Under the pieces are notes generated by a model. The model was not told where the DNA came from, searched no databases, and saw only the letters and a program-made list of their open reading frames with translations. The position numbers and the translations under genes were made by a program. A stretch of 64,000 nt of DNA from a virus, in the IMG/VR virus record IMGVR_UViG_3300006735_000020, positions 25,325-89,324 of that record. One strand, 5' to 3'. This document shows, piece by piece, positions 48,046 through 56,995 of this stretch (positions within the stretch are counted from its first letter, which is position 1; every line of letters begins with the position of its first letter).

Positions 48046-48404
48046 ATTTTTTCCAACTTCAAAATAAATTATTTTACTCTAAGAAAGATAAAGCGGGGGA
48101 TTTAGATGCTGAAGGCGAACAATCATTCGTTCCATTCTTGTTTAATCGTTGGCTTTCTTTTTATAATAATGATATGTCTGTCTTTACGAATGAGACATTG
48201 AATAAGTTCAGTACTATATTTGAAAATAAACAAGACGCTTATAAATTATATTACTATTTGATTCCGCGACTTAAGTTTAAAAGAATATCCTATATTAAGA
48301 AGGTAAAAAAGGATAAAGAAGAGGAAGAGAATTTAAATTTACTTGCTAAAAATAAGAATATTTCAGTTCGCGAATTAAAAAATTATATAAAAAATTATGA
48401 GTAA
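48042..48404 (+). CDS. gp62: Clamp-loader small subunit (gp62-like)
   Basis: FVPFLFNRWLS, NE.LN, Y..Y...IP and basic KK..K region; 120 aa. Confidence 0.7.
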   Translation: MNFFQLQNKLFYSKKDKAGDLDAEGEQSFVPFLFNRWLSFYNNDMSVFTNETLNKFSTIFENKQDAYKLYYYLIPRLKFKRISYIKKVKKDKEEEENLNLLAKNKNISVRELKNYIKNYE

Positions 48405-49404
48405 AAAAGCATTAGTATTAGGCGGCGGTGGCTTTATAGGTGGGCACCTCGCAAAAAGATTAAAATCAGAAGGCCTATGGGTACGTATTGTAGATATTAA
48501 AAAGAGTCATGAATATTGGGATCATACGGATATTTGTGATGAATACATATCTGGTGACTTAACAGATCCAACAGTAGTTGACAACGCATTAACACTAGAG
48601 GGCGGCTTTGATGAAGTGTATCAATTAGCAGCTGATATGGGAGGAGCCGGTTATATTTTTACTGGTGATAATGATGCAAATGTAATGCATAATTCAGCTT
48701 TGGTTAACTTAAACGTGGTTCACTATGCTACAAAACATGGAGCTAAGAGAGTATTTTATTCTTCTTCAGCTTGTATGTATCCGGAACATAATCAACTCGA
48801 CCCTGATAACCCTAATTGTGAGGAATCTTCAGCTTACCCGGCAAATCCGGATAGTGAATATGGGTGGGAAAAACTCTTCGGTGAAAGACTGTTTCTAGCT
48901 TTTAGTCGTAACTATGGTCTTAATGTTAGAGTAGCGAGATATCACAATATATTTGGACCACAGGGTACGTACGATGGTGGTAAAGAAAAAGCGCCAGCAG
49001 CTATGTGCCGAAAAGCTGTAGAAGGAGCAACAGAAATAGAGGTATGGGGTGATGGATCCCAAACAAGATCCTTTTTATATGTTGAAGAGTGTGTTGAGGC
49101 TACATTGAGACTAATGAGACAAGATAAATTTAATGGACCGGTAAATATTGGATCAGAAGAGATGGTAACTATCAACGAGTTAGCTCAAATTGCAATTAAT
49201 CTCTCAGGTAAAGATATTAAAATTAAAAATATCGATGGTCAAGAGTTTATTGATAAGTATGGTTTTAAGTGTCCTTTAGGAGTAAGAGGTAGAAATTCTG
49301 ATAATAAGCTTTATAGAGAAAAGATAGGTTGGGAGTCAACAGCAACTTTAAAAGAAGGAATGACCAAAACATATAAGTGGATTAGCGAACAGTTAAATGG
49401 ATAA
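48397..49404 (+). CDS. GDP-mannose 3,5-epimerase-like NAD-dependent epimerase
   Basis: GGGGFIG, LAADMGGAGYI, YSSSAC.YP, DSEYGWEKL, GGKEKAPAA.CRK and GVRGRNSDN motifs. Confidence 0.9.
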   Translation: MSKKALVLGGGGFIGGHLAKRLKSEGLWVRIVDIKKSHEYWDHTDICDEYISGDLTDPTVVDNALTLEGGFDEVYQLAADMGGAGYIFTGDNDANVMHNSALVNLNVVHYATKHGAKRVFYSSSACMYPEHNQLDPDNPNCEESSAYPANPDSEYGWEKLFGERLFLAFSRNYGLNVRVARYHNIFGPQGTYDGGKEKAPAAMCRKAVEGATEIEVWGDGSQTRSFLYVEECVEATLRLMRQDKFNGPVNIGSEEMVTINELAQIAINLSGKDIKIKNIDGQEFIDKYGFKCPLGVRGRNSDNKLYREKIGWESTATLKEGMTKTYKWISEQLNG

Positions 49405-50668
49405 AATAAAACAAGAAATATTTAAAAAGGTAGAAGAATATTTTAAGTCTAAGAAAAGCGAACCGGGTCAAAAAATTGGTGTCGCTTATCCATGCTTTGA
49501 TCATAAAGAAGTTAATCAAGCCTTAGACTCTCTTCTCGATGTATGGATATCACAAGGTCCAAAAGTAAAACAATTTGAAAAAGAGTATGCTGAATATATA
49601 GGAACAAAATATGGTTTAGGTTGTAACTCTGGCTCCTCTGCTAATTTATTAGCTCTAACAGCATTACTAAAAGCAGGATTATTAACTCCCGGTGACGAAG
49701 TAATACTACCAGCAGCTACATTCACAACTGTAATGTCACCCATTTTACAGACAGGACTTGTGCCTGTTTTTGTAGATGTAGAAATGGAAACTTACAATAA
49801 TGATCCAGCAGCAATAGAAAAAGCAATTACAGATAAAACAAAACTTATTATGGTAGTTCATTCACTTGGATGCCCTTGCAACATGGAAGAAATAATGAGA
49901 ATATCTGAGCAATACAATATTCCTGTTCTAGAAGATTGTTGTGAAGCTCATGGAGCCTCAATAAACGGTAAACGAGTAGGCAGTTTTGGTCTTATATCTA
50001 CTTTTAGTTTTTTTGTTGCACATAATATGACTACCGGTGAGGGTGGTATGATTATGACTAATGATGAAAATTTATATGATATATTATGCTCTGTTCGTGA
50101 ATTTGGTAGATTAACTAAGTATGAAGAAAATCAGCCTAGATTTTATTATAAAGATAAACATTTAAAAGAATACGACGAAAGGTACGTATTTACAAATATT
50201 GGTTATAACTTAAGAATGACTGATATTGCTGCATCATTAGGAATTGAGCAATTAAAAAAGCTTGATGCATTTAATGATAAACGAGTAGAAATTGCGCAAT
50301 CATATACTGATAAACTTTCTATCTATAACAAATGGTTAATTTTACCTTCTGTGCCCGGTGGTTATTTTAATTCATTTTATGGTTACCCTATCGTAATTAA
50401 AGACGGTGCACCATTTTCTAGAAAAGAGTTAGTAAATCATTTAGAAGAAAATAATATTGAAACTAGAGCTTTTATGGCTGGGGATTTATCCAGGCAACCT
50501 GCATACGTAGATACTAATTGGAAGATGCCCTTCGATATGCCTAATACAAAAACTTTACTTAATAATGCATTCTTTATAGGGTGTCATCCTTTTGTTACCT
50601 CAAATCAAGAAGAAATAATTATAAATTCATTTAATGAATTTATGCTAAAGGTAGAAAAAAATATTTAA
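49397..50668 (+). CDS. DegT/DnrJ-family PLP enzyme (RfbH/ColD-like sugar 3-dehydratase)
   Basis: NSGSSANL, EDCCEAHG, SFFVAHNMTTGEGG (His in place of Lys, as in E1/ColD dehydratases) and GYNLR. Confidence 0.88.
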   Translation: MDKIKQEIFKKVEEYFKSKKSEPGQKIGVAYPCFDHKEVNQALDSLLDVWISQGPKVKQFEKEYAEYIGTKYGLGCNSGSSANLLALTALLKAGLLTPGDEVILPAATFTTVMSPILQTGLVPVFVDVEMETYNNDPAAIEKAITDKTKLIMVVHSLGCPCNMEEIMRISEQYNIPVLEDCCEAHGASINGKRVGSFGLISTFSFFVAHNMTTGEGGMIMTNDENLYDILCSVREFGRLTKYEENQPRFYYKDKHLKEYDERYVFTNIGYNLRMTDIAASLGIEQLKKLDAFNDKRVEIAQSYTDKLSIYNKWLILPSVPGGYFNSFYGYPIVIKDGAPFSRKELVNHLEENNIETRAFMAGDLSRQPAYVDTNWKMPFDMPNTKTLLNNAFFIGCHPFVTSNQEEIIINSFNEFMLKVEKNI

Positions 50669-51472
50669 ATGAGTTATAGTGTCGGTGTTATTGGTATAGG
50701 TATCGTAGGAGAAGCCGTTAAGTATGGTATGGAGAAGCTTGGTCATCAAGTTACACCGCACGATATTAGATATGATACAAAAATAGAAGATGTTTTAAGC
50801 ACAGATATTTGTTTTATTTGTGTACCAACACCGTCAAGAGATAATCTCCAATGTGATACTTCTATCGTTGAAAGTGTTGTAGGTGAGTTATGTGAGCTAA
50901 ATTATAGTGGTATAATTGCGATTAAATCAACAATACCACCTACTACTACAGAGAAATTACAAATAAAATATAGTAATGATGCTATTTGCTTTGTGCCAGA
51001 ATTTTTACGAGAGCGTTGCGCGATTGCAGATTTTACCGAAAATCATGACATTTGTATAATTGGTTCTTGTGATAAAAATATATGCAAATTAATAGAGTGT
51101 TTACATGGTAAATACCCGAGACAGTTTAAATACCTAACGCCTACGGAAGCTGAATTTGTAAAGTACTTTAACAACATTTACAATGCTAATTTAATTATTT
51201 TAGCGAATAATTTTTACCAAGTGTGTAAAGCATTAGATATCGATTATAATGCAGTAAAAGATACTATTGTGTGCCGCGACCATATTAATGATGTTTATCT
51301 AGATTGTAATGAAAATTTTAGAGGGTATGCCGGAGCATGTCTACCAAAAGATGTAAAAGCATTTGTACATCTCGTAGAGGAGCTAAATATTGAAGCTGGT
51401 ATTTTTAAATTTTTAGATGAAGAAAATAAAAAATATAAACCAACTGTCTTCCCAGGAATGCGCGATGACTAA
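50669..51472 (+). CDS. UDP-glucose/GDP-mannose dehydrogenase-like (short form)
   Basis: GIGIVG, CVPTP, KST, PEFLRE, AE..KY..N and GYAGACLPKD motifs. Confidence 0.88.
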   Translation: MSYSVGVIGIGIVGEAVKYGMEKLGHQVTPHDIRYDTKIEDVLSTDICFICVPTPSRDNLQCDTSIVESVVGELCELNYSGIIAIKSTIPPTTTEKLQIKYSNDAICFVPEFLRERCAIADFTENHDICIIGSCDKNICKLIECLHGKYPRQFKYLTPTEAEFVKYFNNIYNANLIILANNFYQVCKALDIDYNAVKDTIVCRDHINDVYLDCNENFRGYAGACLPKDVKAFVHLVEELNIEAGIFKFLDEENKKYKPTVFPGMRDD

Positions 51473-52451
51473 AATATTAATAACAGGTGGAGCAGGATTT
51501 GTAGGTTATCACTTAGCCTTAAAAGAGGCTAATCTCGGAAACGAGGTAACAATTATAGATAGCTTTGAAAGACCAAATGAAGATCCGGAATTTCAAGCAT
51601 TAGTAGAACATGAAAATGTTAGGTTTTTACAAAAAGACGTATCGGAAGAAAACACGTTTAAGGTGTATCTACCGTTAGATCATTACGACGTTGTCTATCA
51701 TTTAGCGGCTTTAAATGGTACATCTAATTTTTACAACTACCCGGCTAAAGTATTAAAGATAGGGTGTCTCTCAACGATCTATTTACTAGATTGGGTAGCT
51801 AGACATAAAAAGGGAAAAAGACCGAAGGTAATTTATACTAGTAGCTCTGAAGCATACGCTGGTACTGCTAATATACAAGGTGAAAATTTTCCAATACCAA
51901 CACCAGAAGATGTACCTTTAACTATCGACGATGTACGTAACGTAAGATGGAGTTACGGAGCTAGTAAATTAGTAGGTGAAGTTGCTTTCTTTTGTTATTC
52001 AAAAATGTATGATATTACTGATTTTAATATTATTAGATTGCATAATATATACGGACCGAGAATGGGATTTGAACATGTTATAAGTCAATTTATTAAGAGG
52101 TTTATAGACGGGGAAAGACCTTTTAAGATTATGGGAAGCGATCAAACTAGGTCTTTTTGTTTTATTGACGATGTGTTAGAGGCCTTTGAGAAGATTACAC
52201 AATCAAATATACAGGGTGAAATTATACATGTTGGTAATGATAAAGAAGAAATATTAATTGCTGATTTAGCAAAAATTGTATTTGATATTGGTCAAGAGAC
52301 GTATAATTTTAATGAGCAGCCTGCACCAGCTGGTAGCGTAGGACGTCGTTGTCCAAATATTGATAAACTCAAATCTTTAGGTATAAAAGATCAACTTGAT
52401 CTCCGTAAAGGTATTGAAAAAACATTTAAATGGTATAAAAATAAATTATGA
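51465..52451 (+). CDS. NAD-dependent nucleotide-sugar epimerase/decarboxylase
   Basis: TGGAGFVG, TSSSEAY, RWSYGASK, HNIYGPR and QTRSFCFIDD motifs; start moved to 51465. Confidence 0.88.
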   Translation: MTKILITGGAGFVGYHLALKEANLGNEVTIIDSFERPNEDPEFQALVEHENVRFLQKDVSEENTFKVYLPLDHYDVVYHLAALNGTSNFYNYPAKVLKIGCLSTIYLLDWVARHKKGKRPKVIYTSSSEAYAGTANIQGENFPIPTPEDVPLTIDDVRNVRWSYGASKLVGEVAFFCYSKMYDITDFNIIRLHNIYGPRMGFEHVISQFIKRFIDGERPFKIMGSDQTRSFCFIDDVLEAFEKITQSNIQGEIIHVGNDKEEILIADLAKIVFDIGQETYNFNEQPAPAGSVGRRCPNIDKLKSLGIKDQLDLRKGIEKTFKWYKNKL

Positions 52452-53359
52452 AAAAGAGAGCATTAGTAACAGGCGGGGCCGGATTTATTGGGTCAAATTT
52501 AGTTGATCAGCTTATTGCTGACGGGTATGAAGTAGCGATAATTGATAATGAAAGCTCTACAGTAAATGCAGAGTTTTATTGGAATGATAAAGCTGAAAAA
52601 CATCTTATAAATATAACAGATCAAAGAGAATGTAGTAAGATTTTTTCTAAATTTAAACCGGATTATGTATTTCATTTGGCTGCTCATTCGAGGATACCGG
52701 TAGCAATTAAAAATCCTATTCAATCTTGCGATGTTAATGTAGTTGGTACATGTAATATGTTACAACAAAGCAGAGAGCATGGTGTAAAGAGATTTATGTT
52801 TTCATCAACATCTTCTGTTTACGGACTTGCAAATGAATGCCCATTAAAAGAAGACATGCCCCGAGACTGTCTAAATCCCTACTCTGTATCAAAAGCTGCA
52901 GCAGAAGAGCTATGTAAAATGTATTATAATCTATTTGATCTTGAAACAGTTATTTTTAGATACTTTAATGTATATGGTGAGCGTCAACCTTTAAAAGGTC
53001 AATATGCACCTCTGATTGGTATTTTTCAGAAACAAAAAGAAGCCGGTCTACCAATGACAGTTGTTGGTGATGGTGAACAGCGAAGAGATTTTACATACGT
53101 TAAGGATATTGTAAAAGCTAATATACTAGCTGCAGAAAGTGATAATGTAGATATTATAGGAGAAATATTCAATGTGGGTTCTGGTGTAAATCATAGTGTA
53201 CTCGACGTAGCAAATATTATTGAAGGTGAAACTGAGTTTATTCCTGATAGACCAGGTGAAGCTAGAGAGACATTAGCTGATTTAACAAAGAGTAGAGAAC
53301 TTCTTGGTTACGAGCCGAGCGTTAAATTAGAAGATTGGATTAAGTCTTATGAAGCTTAA
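52448..53359 (+). CDS. NAD-dependent epimerase (UDP-glucose 4-epimerase-like)
   Basis: TGGAGFIGS, SSTSSVYG, PYSVSK, RYFNVYG and GDGEQRRDF motifs. Confidence 0.9.
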   Translation: MKKRALVTGGAGFIGSNLVDQLIADGYEVAIIDNESSTVNAEFYWNDKAEKHLINITDQRECSKIFSKFKPDYVFHLAAHSRIPVAIKNPIQSCDVNVVGTCNMLQQSREHGVKRFMFSSTSSVYGLANECPLKEDMPRDCLNPYSVSKAAAEELCKMYYNLFDLETVIFRYFNVYGERQPLKGQYAPLIGIFQKQKEAGLPMTVVGDGEQRRDFTYVKDIVKANILAAESDNVDIIGEIFNVGSGVNHSVLDVANIIEGETEFIPDRPGEARETLADLTKSRELLGYEPSVKLEDWIKSYEA

Positions 53360-54173
53360 GGTAGGTATTGTAGGACACGGATTTGTCGGTAAAGCGGTTG
53401 ATTACGGCTTTTCAAATAACGTTAAAAAGAAACTAATAGATCCAAACTATAATACTACATGTGAAGATTTGTTAACTTTTGCACCGGATGTTGTTTTTAT
53501 ATGTGCGCCTACCCCTATGGGTAATGATGGTAGTATCGACGCATCAATAGTCGAACAGTGTTGTACTGAAGTAAGTGAGTATACTAGTGCATTAATTGTT
53601 CTCAAGTCAACAGTAACACCAGATATTGCAGGTAGGTTGTCAGATAAATTTAAAGACTTTGTTTATAATCCTGAATTCTTAACTGAAAAGAACGCTAATG
53701 AAGATTTTGTGAATCAGTTTATGCTTGTATTAGGTGGTACCGGACATAACACAGTAGAGCTTTTAGAATTATATAACGAATATAGTATATGTCGCCCATG
53801 TCCAGTTTTTCATATGTCAGCTACTGAAGCTGCATTTGTAAAATATAGCATTAATACCTTTTTAGCTACGAAAGTAACATTTTTTAATCAATTGTATGAT
53901 ATAGCAAAAGATCATAATGCTAACTATAATGCAATTATAAGTGCTGTAGGATCCGATCCACGTATTACACACTCACATACTACAGTACCAGGATTTGATA
54001 ATAAACGAGGTTACGGAGGCGCGTGTTTTCCAAAAGATACTGCTGCATTTAATGCTTTTGCGAAACATTTTTCTATTCTAACTGAAGCTATTAAGGTTAA
54101 TAATGAGTACAGAAAGGATTATGAACTCGATGAAAGAGAAAAGGAGCAAAATGTTCATTATAAACCTGTCTAA
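53349..54173 (+). CDS. Second UDP-glucose dehydrogenase-like protein (short form)
   Basis: GHGFVG, CAPTP, KST, NPEFL, KY..N.FLA.KV and GYGGACFPKD motifs. Confidence 0.88.
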   Translation: MKLKVGIVGHGFVGKAVDYGFSNNVKKKLIDPNYNTTCEDLLTFAPDVVFICAPTPMGNDGSIDASIVEQCCTEVSEYTSALIVLKSTVTPDIAGRLSDKFKDFVYNPEFLTEKNANEDFVNQFMLVLGGTGHNTVELLELYNEYSICRPCPVFHMSATEAAFVKYSINTFLATKVTFFNQLYDIAKDHNANYNAIISAVGSDPRITHSHTTVPGFDNKRGYGGACFPKDTAAFNAFAKHFSILTEAIKVNNEYRKDYELDEREKEQNVHYKPV

Positions 54174-54209
54174 TATTGGATAAAAGGAACTACACTGTTA
54201 AATAGTCTT

Positions 54210-54641
54210 ATGGCAATGGCATCAATAGATAATTTAGCACCTACTAGAAGTTTGATTGATTTATCAGCTCCGGATAAAGGTGATTTTGGTTTAACCGACT
54301 ATGATTTAACATTTCTTTTTGACGATATTTTATTAATCGAATATGTAGATCTATCAGAAATGGTACCAGATGGTCAAGAAGCAATTGAACGAAACGGTAT
54401 TTTAATTCCAACAAATCAAATTACTATGGCATGGCGAAAAGGTAGAGTTATCCTAGCAGGACCAGATGCAAAATTTGCCAAGGAAGGTGACATTGTTCTC
54501 TTTCCGAATAATATGGGTGTTACTATTTCTGGCGTCTCTGTACCAGGTAAGGGGTCGGTAGATAAGGGCATCTTTTTGAACGAAGAAAGAATGTTCGGTA
54601 TCTGTAAAGAAAAAGATGATAATACAAAAAGCAGCTCTTGA
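54210..54641 (+). CDS. GroES-like co-chaperonin (gp31-like)
   Basis: DDILL, GILIP, GRVILAGP..KEGDIV.FP and FLNEER motifs; TAAATA 5 nt upstream. Confidence 0.7.
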   Translation: MAMASIDNLAPTRSLIDLSAPDKGDFGLTDYDLTFLFDDILLIEYVDLSEMVPDGQEAIERNGILIPTNQITMAWRKGRVILAGPDAKFAKEGDIVLFPNNMGVTISGVSVPGKGSVDKGIFLNEERMFGICKEKDDNTKSSS

Positions 54642-54993
54642 CGCTCTTTTATTAGACAATGTTTGTGAAATAAGATTTGCTCGTAGAATAATTAAACCTG
54701 GTCAAGCTCCTACGAGAAGAATGCTTTGCACAAAATCACTATCTCTACTAAATTCGGTTAATGGTAGGATTTCTTTAAATTATTTTCCACCAAAAGGACC
54801 GCCTAAAGCTTACCTTGGTCCAGATAGGTTAGCTGTTGCGTGGGATATAATAATGCAGGATTATAGAAATATAAACACCTTGCAGTGTGATTTGATACAG
54901 CAAATACCTGCTAACGATGATTTTTGGGTATATTTTAACGAGAATATATACCCCATGTCCCCAGGACAAAAATTTAATTTTATGAATTCATGA
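54616..54993 (+). CDS. Hypothetical protein (WYL/SH3-like)
   Basis: EIRF.RR..RRMLCT...WDI..QDYR pattern. Confidence 0.6.
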   Translation: MIIQKAALDALLLDNVCEIRFARRIIKPGQAPTRRMLCTKSLSLLNSVNGRISLNYFPPKGPPKAYLGPDRLAVAWDIIMQDYRNINTLQCDLIQQIPANDDFWVYFNENIYPMSPGQKFNFMNS

Positions 54994-55340
54994 ATGTAAG
55001 TTTAGAAAAAGTAACAGATTTTTTAAAGCCATTTTTATTGCAAGAAATAGTAATAAGAACAGATAAAAAAATATTAAAAAGAGGTAAGCTTAAAATTTTT
55101 CAGATTAAGCAATACTATATTAATTTAACTTTAGAATTTAATAATTCAGTTAAATCTTATGAAATACCTTACCCGTTTAAAATGTACCATGAAGAAGATA
55201 GGGGTATTTTAAATTATCATTTAAGCTCCTTTATACCTAATTCTCAATTAACTATGGTAAAGTTTTTAGATAGTTCATCAAAATCAAAACTATACAACAA
55301 TCTTGTCTATATATTGCCTTCTGAAAAAGCTATAGTATAA
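54990..55340 (+). CDS. Hypothetical protein
   Basis: 116-aa coupled ORF. Confidence 0.6.
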   Translation: MNVSLEKVTDFLKPFLLQEIVIRTDKKILKRGKLKIFQIKQYYINLTLEFNNSVKSYEIPYPFKMYHEEDRGILNYHLSSFIPNSQLTMVKFLDSSSKSKLYNNLVYILPSEKAIV

Positions 55341-55341
55341 T
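55314..55341 (+). promoter_or_regulatory. Sigma70-like promoter TTGCCT-N16-TATAAT
   Basis: 5 nt upstream of GTG 55347. Confidence 0.6.
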
Positions 55342-55346
55342 AAAGT

Positions 55347-56978
55347 GTGTTAGGCGGTTTATTAAAAAGCTTTCCGGAGGAATATACTCCAAACTCTGCG
55401 CAAGTAAAGTTACTAAAAAATATTGATCAAGCTTTTGAGGATGGTTATAAGTTTGTAGTGTGTAATGCTCCTACTGGTTCAGGTAAGAGTTTTATATCTA
55501 AGACACTTGCAAATTCTTCAGAAGAACCGTCAGAAAACTTTAAGGATCTGATAACTTCATATACTGCTTTTAAAATAGATCAAACAGGTTCGTATACCCA
55601 TGAAGACGAATGTGAAGATGAACAAGCTGCTGGTACTTTTGCTCTTACAATAACTAAAGCGTTACAAGATCAATATAAAGATTTATTTAATGACACTGCA
55701 ATATTAAAAGGTAAGAGTAATTATATTAGTACAATTGATTCTAATATTGATGTAGAGCTAGAGTCTTTAATTATGCCTAAAAGCATATTAGAAGATCATA
55801 GAAGACGTCATAAATGTCCATATCATAATGATCGTAGAGATGCACTTATTAATAAGTTTGCTGCGCTAAATTATAATATGTTCTTTTCTCTACCTAATCA
55901 TGTAAAGAAAAAACAATATTTAGTATGTGATGAAGCTGCAGAGCTAGAAGATCAATTAGTTAAAGAGTTTTCATGCGATATTAATTTTGAAATATTAAAG
56001 AGAATGGATATTGTAGTTCGACCTTTCTATTCTAAGAATAATGCAAATGTTGTAAAATGGATTAACAATCTTTTGCTTGATCTAAGCGATAAGATAGATC
56101 AATTACGTGATACAATTAGTAATACTAACAATAAAAAGTTTATAGTTGAAACGCGTCGTCAAATTGTTAGTATGAGAAACTTACATTCGAAGCTTTCATT
56201 AATTATTGATACGTGGAGTGAGAGTGAATATCTTTTTGAAACAAACAAAGAAGGAATTAACTTTATGCCACTTAAGGTAAACAATCTTTCTAATCATCTT
56301 TTCAGATATGCTGATAAAGTAATATTGATGTCTGCAACTATTATTGATCCTGTCAATTTTTGTAAAGCGTTAGGTATTGATAAATTTAAATATGTTGAAG
56401 CTGAGTCGTCATTTGATGCTAAAAAAGCACCGATTTATTGTAATACAAAAATTAAGCTCAACTATCATAACTTAAAGCGAAGCTTACCAAAAATTATAAA
56501 GCAGGTAGAAGGTATTTGCGAGCATCATAAAAACGATAAAGGTATTATTCACACTCATAATAATACCATTACGTCTTTCTTACAGAAAAAATTATTTAAC
56601 GAAAGATTTTTATTTAGAGAGCCAGGTGTTCGTAATGAAGAGATTTTAGATACACATCTAAGTAGCAATAAACCGACGATTTTAATATCTCCTTCTATGT
56701 CTCATGGGGTTGATTTAAAGGATGATTTAGCGAGATTTCAAATTATTATAAAAGCGCCTTACCTACCAACTAAAGATAAGAGAATAGAAAGATTAATGAA
56801 AGATGATTTTAATTGGTATTCTAATAAAATGTTATGTTCAGTAATTCAATCTTGTGGTCGAGGGGTACGCTCTAAAAAAGACCATTGTACTACGTATATT
56901 TTAGATGGAGCTGTTGTAGAGAGTGTTGTAAATAATAAGCATAAATTACCAAAATATTTCATTGACAGGTTTCTGTAA
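55347..56978 (+). CDS. DinG/XPD-family SF2 helicase
   Basis: APTGSGKS, LQDQY, DEA, MSAT, GVD, K.PYL and Q..GRGVRS..D motifs. Confidence 0.9.
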   Translation: MLGGLLKSFPEEYTPNSAQVKLLKNIDQAFEDGYKFVVCNAPTGSGKSFISKTLANSSEEPSENFKDLITSYTAFKIDQTGSYTHEDECEDEQAAGTFALTITKALQDQYKDLFNDTAILKGKSNYISTIDSNIDVELESLIMPKSILEDHRRRHKCPYHNDRRDALINKFAALNYNMFFSLPNHVKKKQYLVCDEAAELEDQLVKEFSCDINFEILKRMDIVVRPFYSKNNANVVKWINNLLLDLSDKIDQLRDTISNTNNKKFIVETRRQIVSMRNLHSKLSLIIDTWSESEYLFETNKEGINFMPLKVNNLSNHLFRYADKVILMSATIIDPVNFCKALGIDKFKYVEAESSFDAKKAPIYCNTKIKLNYHNLKRSLPKIIKQVEGICEHHKNDKGIIHTHNNTITSFLQKKLFNERFLFREPGVRNEEILDTHLSSNKPTILISPSMSHGVDLKDDLARFQIIIKAPYLPTKDKRIERLMKDDFNWYSNKMLCSVIQSCGRGVRSKKDHCTTYILDGAVVESVVNNKHKLPKYFIDRFL

Positions 56979-56995
56979 TAAATATATAAGTACGC

